Source: Candidatus Pacearchaeota archaeon
Lineage (GTDB): Archaea > Nanobdellota > Nanobdellia > Pacearchaeales > GW2011-AR1
Assembly (NCBI GenBank): GCA_050124795.1
Contig: JASFEO010000002.1
Location: forward strand, 36,754 to 100,753
DNA: 64,000 nucleotides
Reading direction: 5' to 3'
Made by a program: the position numbers and the translations under genes. The stretch's first letter is position 1. Each line of letters opens with the position of its first letter. Of the stretch, positions 57,298 through 64,000 are shown in pieces. A model generated the notes under the pieces. The model had not been told where the DNA came from and searched no databases. It saw only the letters and a program-made list of their open reading frames with translations.

Positions 57298-58521
57298 TTA
57301 GTAATAACTTTCTCCGAATTCTTCAGTCTTTTCTGGCTTCTTACCTAAAAGAACAATCAACACAACAAGTAAAACCAAGAAGATTATTGCTAAGACAATT
57401 GTCAAAACAACAACCGGGTTTGTTGCAGTGTTTGTCATACCTTCAACATCTAAGTTGAATTTAACTGAATCAGCAATTGCTTCTCCAGTGATTACATCAA
57501 CATTGAAGTCATATTGTCCTTCTTCAGATGCGCTCGCTGTAATTGTAACTGTTTCGCTTGAACTAGCTGGAACTGCTACAACAGACTGAGATACACTAGT
57601 TGTAAGAACACCTGTTGATTCAGCCACAATTCTGTAAACTTTTAATTTGTCAGTTGGGTTAACAAGTAACAAATTGTATGTAGCGTCCTCGTTTGTTCCT
57701 GCAGTTTTTCTCAACGTTGTGGCGATTGCTGTATTTGAGAAATCATTCTCAATAACAATCTGTCCAACTGCTGTAGAAACTGTGTCGTCGTTAGAAGCTT
57801 CAACTGTAACAGTGTAAACTCCTGTTTCAACATCATATGGAACAGCCAAGTAAAGTCTTCCGCTTACAGTGTCTGTGTCATCGTCATCTATTTCTTCTAC
57901 AACCAAGTCACCGAAATAAGCTGATTTGTGCAAGTTCAATGCATCAATACTTACAGTTACATATAAGTCATCAAGGTCATTGTAACCTCTGTTCTTAATC
58001 ACAATATCAACAGGGAAAGTTTCTCCTGCAGAAACAGTGCTTGAAACAGAAACTGACTTAATGTCTGCATTGTATGATTCTCTTTGAACTCTCAAAGTTA
58101 GGCTATCTTCAGTCTTAAAATCTGCGTTCCAGATTTTAAGAGAAAGGTCAATATCATCACTAACTTCATCTTTCAATTCATAAGGAACTTTTAATGTTAA
58201 AGTCTTAACATAAGACTTGTTTTCCTCAATATCAAAAGTTGAAGTTCGCTCAGTTACATCAACTTTTTCACCTTCAAGTTCAGCCTTAATTCTTACATCA
58301 GTTGCATCTTCAAGAGCAGTGAAATATACTTTCACTTCAATTGTGTCACCTGCGATAACTGCGACGTCATCACTAACACTATCAGCATAAATTCCATCTA
58401 CCTTAATTCTTACATCGTCTGCAATATCTGCAGCACTGATAGTTGCAACTAAAGTCAAAACAAGTGCGACTGCCAAAAAAGAAACCAAAGTTTGTTTGGT
58501 CTTCATTTTTTTGTTTTCCAT
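57298..58521 (-). CDS. Acidic surface protein (CARDB/Ig-like) with C-terminal TM anchor
   Basis: Signal peptide, IKNRGYNDLDDLYV, TM then KKPEKTEEFGESYY; resembles 16512-18173. Confidence 0.75.
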   Translation of the reverse strand: MENKKMKTKQTLVSFLAVALVLTLVATISAADIADDVRIKVDGIYADSVSDDVAVIAGDTIEVKVYFTALEDATDVRIKAELEGEKVDVTERTSTFDIEENKSYVKTLTLKVPYELKDEVSDDIDLSLKIWNADFKTEDSLTLRVQRESYNADIKSVSVSSTVSAGETFPVDIVIKNRGYNDLDDLYVTVSIDALNLHKSAYFGDLVVEEIDDDDTDTVSGRLYLAVPYDVETGVYTVTVEASNDDTVSTAVGQIVIENDFSNTAIATTLRKTAGTNEDATYNLLLVNPTDKLKVYRIVAESTGVLTTSVSQSVVAVPASSSETVTITASASEEGQYDFNVDVITGEAIADSVKFNLDVEGMTNTATNPVVVLTIVLAIIFLVLLVVLIVLLGKKPEKTEEFGESYY

Positions 58522-58735
58522 TGTTTAATTAATGCAGAAAACCTTTGTTTACTGCTGGAAAAAGGACTCCAATTCCATTTATAAACTTTATGGTGACAAC
58601 ATCTATTCATAATTATAAAGTACTAAATGTAAGTAACACTCAGTATTTTTACTCTGCGAAAATTTTGAATAATTTTATCGACGGAAAAAAGTTAGCATCA
58701 GATAATTTTATAACTAATCTTTCTTTTATCATTTT

Positions 58736-59197
58736 ATGAAAGAGGTAGAAAATTTAGCGAAGTTCTTATCCCAAAAACTAAGACCTTTTTGCAAAAGATT
58801 AAGAGTTGCAGGAAGCATAAGACGCCATGAAAAAAATCCAAAAGATATTGACATTGTTTTAATTCCAAGAAATAAAGAAAGATTAGAAGAATTTTTTAAA
58901 AATAAATTAAAAGCAAAATTTATTCAGGGTGGTGAATATGAATCAACCTGGAAATTCAAAAAAGTAAAAATTGAACTTTATTACACAAATGAAAAAGAAT
59001 GGGGAGCAGAACTTCTTGCATACTCAGGGAAAAAAGGCTCAAATATTGGGCTGCGTTTAGTTGCAAAAAGAAAAGGTTTCAAATTAACTAATCACGGATT
59101 ATTTAATGCAAAAACTAAGAAAAGAATTGCAGGAAAAACTGAGGAAGAAATTTATTCTGCACTTGGCAGGACTTATAAAAATCCTGAGGATAGGTGA
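58736..59197 (+). CDS. polX: Minimal family X DNA polymerase / nucleotidyltransferase
   Basis: AGSIRR..KDIDIV, YSG..N..LR..AKRKGFKL..HGLF, TEEEIY.ALG..Y.NPEDR; 153 aa only. Confidence 0.85.
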   Translation: MKEVENLAKFLSQKLRPFCKRLRVAGSIRRHEKNPKDIDIVLIPRNKERLEEFFKNKLKAKFIQGGEYESTWKFKKVKIELYYTNEKEWGAELLAYSGKKGSNIGLRLVAKRKGFKLTNHGLFNAKTKKRIAGKTEEEIYSALGRTYKNPEDR

Positions 59198-59229
59198 AGA
59201 TTTAAATAATCTTATTTTTGCAAATAATT

Positions 59230-59676
59230 ATGAAATTAAGCGAATTTTTAGTAAAAGCAAAAATTGCAACTTATGCAAGCGAAAGTGGAGCAAACGAAAA
59301 AATCTTGGAGGATGGAGCAAAGGAATTAACTTCTGAAAAAGGAGAATTCAAATATCGGGATAGGTATTATGGGTTTAATCCTTTTTCAGGAGAAGAAATT
59401 GTTTGGAAGAAGGATAAGATTATTTGGGGGATGAATTATTTCGGAAAAATCTCCTCAGATATTGTTTCAGGGAAAGAAGTTTACAATTTTTTAAAAAAAG
59501 CAATGAGGCAAGTTAAACAAGATAGACCTTTCAGAGGCCCAAATAAATTTAATCTAGGAAATTTTAGATATGTAGATGAATCAACAGGGGATGTAAATAG
59601 GTTCAGAGGAATTGAGAAGATATTTTTTAATAATCATGAAATTTATTGCTTAGATTATCATGGGGGGATAATGTAA
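59230..59676 (+). CDS. DUF5680-like protein
   Basis: FLVKAKIATYA, YRDRYYG..PFSGEE, WGMNY.G, PFRGP, YHGG. Confidence 0.75.
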   Translation: MKLSEFLVKAKIATYASESGANEKILEDGAKELTSEKGEFKYRDRYYGFNPFSGEEIVWKKDKIIWGMNYFGKISSDIVSGKEVYNFLKKAMRQVKQDRPFRGPNKFNLGNFRYVDESTGDVNRFRGIEKIFFNNHEIYCLDYHGGIM

Positions 59677-59692
59677 AATGCATTCGGCGTTT

Positions 59693-60865
59693 CTATAAAC
59701 CCAACAACTCAATTTCTGTATCAGTTGAAGAAAAATTACTAGCAACAATTACCTTAACACCAACTTCTTCAGAACTTTCTAAAATAGTTTTTGTCACATT
59801 TCCATCAATCACAATCACTAAAGGTTTTTCCCTGCCTCTCTTCAGCGAAGCTGCCAAACCTTTTGCAGAAACTTTTTTTATTTCTTCTAAATTAGAATCA
59901 AGTAAAATTGCTTTTCCTGTTTTTTTATTTTGATTATTTATTTTTTTTAATTTTTCTTTGTCAATTTCTTCAATCTTAAAATCAGAAAAAGGAGAAGAAG
60001 CAGACCTTCTTCTGTCTGCTTCCCGAGAATAGTTTCTTGAATTTCTTTTTTCTCTTCTAAAAAATTCTTCAACAGAAACTTTTTTTCTCAAATTCATTAA
60101 AATTTCTTTTCCAGTCAACTCCTCAACTTCCTTTCCGTCAGGAGCTGTTGCTACATACAAAACATCTGCATTATCTGAAACATTCTGAACAATGAGTTTT
60201 CCTCCTCTGTCTCCATCCACAAACAAAGTAATTTCTTTTTCCTTGCTTAATTCCTTGATTTCGTCAGGAAGTTTTGTTCCATTCATTGCAATGCAATTGT
60301 CAATTCCGTTTCTCATGAGATTCAATACATCTGCTCTTCCTTCAACAACAATTAATTCTTTTTCATCCATATTGCCGTAAGGAAGTTTGGAACTTCCGTA
60401 TTCCTGAACTTCAGACATTCTTGAAGAATCCTTGATTTCATTTGAAATTTCCCTTGAATCAGTTGAACCCTCAATAGACTTCATTAGTTTCTTGGCTCTC
60501 TCAATAATGTAATCTCTTTTGCTTCCTCTGACATCTTCAATTCTCTCAACTTCAAGCTGTGCATCACTCGGACCAACTCTCTCAATAGTTTCAATCGCAG
60601 CGGCAATCAAAGTTGTCTCAGACTGATCAAGTGCAGTTGGAATCTTAATCATCCCTGTTGTTCTCTTATCCTTTCTTTCAAGATCAACTTCAATTCTTCC
60701 AATCTTTCCTTCTTTTTGAAGTTCTCTCATCTCAAGTTCTGCTCCAAGCAAACCTTCAGTCTGACCGAAAATCGCGCCAATTACATCAGGCTTTTCCAAA
60801 GCTCCCTCTGCAGTAAAAATTGCATGTATCATATATTTTATTGATACCGGACTTACTTTCGCCAT
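59693..60865 (-). CDS. dnaG: Archaeal DnaG (TOPRIM, exosome-associated)
   Basis: KPDVIGAIFGQTEGLLG, VVEGRADV, FVDGDRGG, APDGKEVEEL. Confidence 0.95.
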   Translation of the reverse strand: MAKVSPVSIKYMIHAIFTAEGALEKPDVIGAIFGQTEGLLGAELEMRELQKEGKIGRIEVDLERKDKRTTGMIKIPTALDQSETTLIAAAIETIERVGPSDAQLEVERIEDVRGSKRDYIIERAKKLMKSIEGSTDSREISNEIKDSSRMSEVQEYGSSKLPYGNMDEKELIVVEGRADVLNLMRNGIDNCIAMNGTKLPDEIKELSKEKEITLFVDGDRGGKLIVQNVSDNADVLYVATAPDGKEVEELTGKEILMNLRKKVSVEEFFRREKRNSRNYSREADRRRSASSPFSDFKIEEIDKEKLKKINNQNKKTGKAILLDSNLEEIKKVSAKGLAASLKRGREKPLVIVIDGNVTKTILESSEEVGVKVIVASNFSSTDTEIELLGL

Positions 60866-61116
60866 TTCGTTTTCTCCATTTTAATTTGTAAAGTTCTTAT
60901 GAACTTCTTAGAAAAATACCTAATTTATCGTCGTGCATTAATTTTAGACTCGCTAAATAAATGTGAATGTGAGTATGAATAATCTATATAGATATTTTCC
61001 TAATAACAAAATATAATTTAGTTGGTTTTTAAAGTTTTGGTTCTATTTCCTTCTGTGTTATCAGATTAATTAACTCAATTAATGTCTTTCTTTTCAATTT
61101 CATACGCTGATTTACA

Positions 61117-61431
61117 TCAGCGTTGAGAACTAATTTTCGGATAACACAGTTCTATTTCCTTCAAAGCATGAATAATTGCATAGTGGGAATTATCGTGAAC
61201 ATCATAATTAACAACTTGCTCCCTTTCTTTTGTAAACATTGCAAATCCAACACAATTTTCAAGATTCATGCCTGTTTTTCCTAAAGCTTCTTTAGCTTTT
61301 CTTAAAACTATTTTTTCCCCGAGTTGGTATATAGGCACAACACTCCTAATTAAACCAGGTCTTCCAAAAGATTCATATCCTGCTTCTTTTATTCTCTCTA
61401 AATCAATATTTGTATAATAACCTTTCATCAT
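61117..61431 (-). CDS. Hypothetical protein
   Basis: 104-aa ORF. Confidence 0.5.
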   Translation of the reverse strand: MMKGYYTNIDLERIKEAGYESFGRPGLIRSVVPIYQLGEKIVLRKAKEALGKTGMNLENCVGFAMFTKEREQVVNYDVHDNSHYAIIHALKEIELCYPKISSQR

Positions 61432-61489
61432 TGATTTTTAAGGATTCGTTTATTTATAAAAATAATTATCCTCAAAAAATATATATTCC

Positions 61490-62053
61490 TTAAATATTTT
61501 CAATTCCGCTTCTGATAACTTCACTCTCTTTGAATTTTCCCAGTTTTTCATATAAATTAACTAACTTATTTTTTATTTCTCGTTCTTCCTGATGGCTTAA
61601 TCTCATTTTCAAAAGTCTCTCATAAATTTTAGAAGCCTGATTTCTTTTCATTTCCATTTCATTTTTCTCCGCCTCATGAAGATAAAATCTTTTTATATGA
61701 AAAACAATTTCAGACTTCTGAGAAGCATTTGCATCATTCATTGCCTTTTTTATTGCAGCATTGACATTGTCAAAACATCCTGACTTAATATAGCTCTCTG
61801 CTTCTTTTAGATGAAATTTTATTTTCTCACTAAATGCAATCGACGCAATAGCAGCATTATCAAACATCTTTGCAGCATTACCCGGCATCTTTAACTTCTC
61901 ATAAATCCCTGCAAGTTTCAAATAAACAAACTTTTTCATATCAAGACTCAACTCCTCGCGCAAAAACTTTGTCAGCAAATCTATCTTTACAAAATCCCCT
62001 TTTGTTGAGAGCTCTTCTTCAACCTGCGATTTCGACATCCCTCGATTTAGCAT
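61490..62053 (-). CDS. Hypothetical helical (TPR-like) protein
   Basis: 187 aa; LAGIYEK..AAKMF, LYEKLGKFKE. Confidence 0.65.
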   Translation of the reverse strand: MLNRGMSKSQVEEELSTKGDFVKIDLLTKFLREELSLDMKKFVYLKLAGIYEKLKMPGNAAKMFDNAAIASIAFSEKIKFHLKEAESYIKSGCFDNVNAAIKKAMNDANASQKSEIVFHIKRFYLHEAEKNEMEMKRNQASKIYERLLKMRLSHQEEREIKNKLVNLYEKLGKFKESEVIRSGIENI

Positions 62054-62084
62054 GAAAAAAATAATACTTCAGACTATATAAGAA

Positions 62085-62384
62085 TTATTGAACTGGAGTT
62101 CCAGGAATAATTTTTGTTTTGAGAATCTCCCTATAATAATCATTATTTTTCCCCCCTAATGAATCCAGACTGGGGCAGACTGAAAGTGTGTTTTGGGCCC
62201 AATTAATAAATTCCATTCTTACTTTATTTTTTCTCTCAGAATTTTCATAATTAACATCTAGATTATCAAAAACTCTCCCCCATCTTCTCTTGCCTTTATT
62301 AGAAATGCCACTACTATGATAATCTCCCCCGTTAATATTAATTATAACCCCTGCTTCAATTTTGTTTTGTAATTGTTTTGTCAT
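62085..62384 (-). CDS. Hypothetical protein
   Basis: ORF from ATG 62384. Confidence 0.5.
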   Translation of the reverse strand: MTKQLQNKIEAGVIININGGDYHSSGISNKGKRRWGRVFDNLDVNYENSERKNKVRMEFINWAQNTLSVCPSLDSLGGKNNDYYREILKTKIIPGTPVQ

Positions 62385-62441
62385 AGTTCTTTTCACTAGA
62401 TAGATATTATTGTTTAAAAATTTTAAGAATTAAAAATAAAT

Positions 62442-63725
62442 TTATTTTTTATCAGTAATTTCAGTGCACATCCCTGCTGCAACAGTTGCGCCTGCATCTC
62501 TTACTGCAAATCTACTCATGAAAGGATTGTCCTTTTGAGTTTCAAGGCACAAGTTTCCTGCAGGTCTGATTTTTACTTTAGCAGTATCTCCGTTTTTCAA
62601 GAAGTCAGGATTTTGTTTTATAGCTTGTCCTGTCTTTGGGTCAATTTGTTCAATTAATTCAACAAACTGGCAAGGCACCTGCGCAGTATGCACATGGAAT
62701 ACTGGGGTGTATCCTTTTGCTAAAACAGTTGGATGATTAATTACTGTGATTGTTGCGATGAATTCTTTAACAACTGGAATGGGTGCTGCAGCATCGCAAA
62801 CGACATCTCCTCTTGCAATGTCTTTCTTGCCAACTCCGCGAATATTAATTCCTACATTATCACCTGCATCTGCTTGAGGCAAAGTTTCATGGTGCATTTC
62901 AATTGTTTTTAATTCTCCTTCAATACCTTCTCCAGTTCTGCCAGGAAGAACCTTAACTTTCATTCCTTGTTTCATAACACCAGTTTCAACCTTCCCAACA
63001 GGAACAGTTCCAATACCAGTAATATCATAAACATCCTGAACAGGCATTCTCATAGGTAAATTAGTTGGAGGCTCTGGAGCAGGGAATAAATCAAATTGTT
63101 CCATTATTGTTGGTCCTTTATACCAAGGCATATTTTCAGATTTCTTAAAAATATTATCTCCCTTTAATCCTGAACATGCAATAAATGTAGTTGTCTCCGG
63201 GTTGACCCCAACACCCTTTAACAATTTTCCAACATCTTCTTTAACTTTATTATAAGTTTCTTCAGAATATTCAGCTGCATCCATTTTATTCACAAGAACT
63301 GCAATATTTTTTACACCCATTGTTCTTAAAAGCCATAAGTGTTCAGTAGTTTGCGGCTGAACTCCACTTGGAGCAGCAATCACTAAAAATGCACAATCAG
63401 CTTGTGAAGCACCAGTAATCATATTCTTAACAAAATCTCTGTGACCAGGCGCATCAATAATTGTAATCTGCCATTTATTAGTCATAATCTTCTTATACAT
63501 AAGGTCAATTGTAACCCCTCTTTCACGCTCTTCCTTAATCTTATCCATAATATAAGCAAATTCAAAACCAGCCTTTCCATGCTTTTCAGCTTCCTCTCGA
63601 AGTTTCTTCATTTCCTGTTCAGAAACTGCACCTGACTGGAACATAAGCTGTCCAACACAAGTTGACTTTCCAGCATCAACATGTCCGACAAACACAACAT
63701 TCATATTTGCTTTTTCTTTTGCCAT
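62442..63725 (-). CDS. tuf: Elongation factor 1-alpha
   Basis: GHVDAGKST, ERERGVTID, DAPGHRDFVKNMITGASQAD, NKMD; start at MAKEKANM. Confidence 0.97.
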   Translation of the reverse strand: MAKEKANMNVVFVGHVDAGKSTCVGQLMFQSGAVSEQEMKKLREEAEKHGKAGFEFAYIMDKIKEERERGVTIDLMYKKIMTNKWQITIIDAPGHRDFVKNMITGASQADCAFLVIAAPSGVQPQTTEHLWLLRTMGVKNIAVLVNKMDAAEYSEETYNKVKEDVGKLLKGVGVNPETTTFIACSGLKGDNIFKKSENMPWYKGPTIMEQFDLFPAPEPPTNLPMRMPVQDVYDITGIGTVPVGKVETGVMKQGMKVKVLPGRTGEGIEGELKTIEMHHETLPQADAGDNVGINIRGVGKKDIARGDVVCDAAAPIPVVKEFIATITVINHPTVLAKGYTPVFHVHTAQVPCQFVELIEQIDPKTGQAIKQNPDFLKNGDTAKVKIRPAGNLCLETQKDNPFMSRFAVRDAGATVAAGMCTEITDKK

Positions 63726-64000
63726 TGTATTAATATAACTTTTTAAGTGAATCAATAAAAAAAATTGGGTTTATAAACATTTCGCTATCGCGAAATTAGA
63801 AATGTTTATAGCAAAAATTTATACCCCTTAATAAAAAATCTTTGAGTTCAAGTGGCTCCTATAAATTTTCCTAAGTGTGTTCAGAAGAGACATATGTCGT
63901 AAGGAACCGAAAATTAGTTCGCAGGTGAAATCCTGCGAAATTGATGAAAAAAGAATTAATCCGAAAAGAATTTTTTAAACTAAAAAACAAAGGTCATTCA

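Noticed and set aside
62079-62432. 9-bp repeat TAAGAATTA flanking ORF 62085-62384
   Set aside because: Too short and AT-rich to distinguish from chance.

Overview
AT-rich archaeal chromosome segment. Gene content (pacearchaeosortase-like gene, S-layer proteins, cluster of class III signal-peptide genes, archaeal DnaG/PolB/EF-1alpha, minimal PolX) points to a DPANN archaeon, most likely Pacearchaeota (inference). A housekeeping backbone (taw1, rpl40e, eIF5A, slyD, ftsZ, secE, spt5, rpl11, rpl37ae, rpoP, pfdB, sepF, dph2, PCNA, minD, metG, polB, rnhB, smc, dnaG, tuf, 5 tRNAs) is interleaved with many short ORFans. Main signals: (1) a split diversity-generating retroelement: target gene 6509-7162 with VR 7064-7147 and TR 7478-7561 (15 mismatches in 84 nt, all at TR adenines), plus a DGR-type RT about 5.5 kb away that is 5'-truncated, has a probable nonsense codon and carries an in-frame insert with a (TC)13 tract; (2) two families of ~100-bp dispersed structured elements, one inside the RT and next to two tRNA genes, the other before rpl11 and at the smc 3' end, where the last 13 codons of smc occur twice with only synonymous changes; (3) repeated short duplications of gene ends or stop/start junctions flanking ORFan cassettes or mini-elements, suggesting an undescribed gene-end-targeting insertion process; (4) an SMC with a central CxxC zinc-hook-like motif and a PolB with altered active-site motifs. 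No CRISPR array, rRNA, transposase or integrase was seen.
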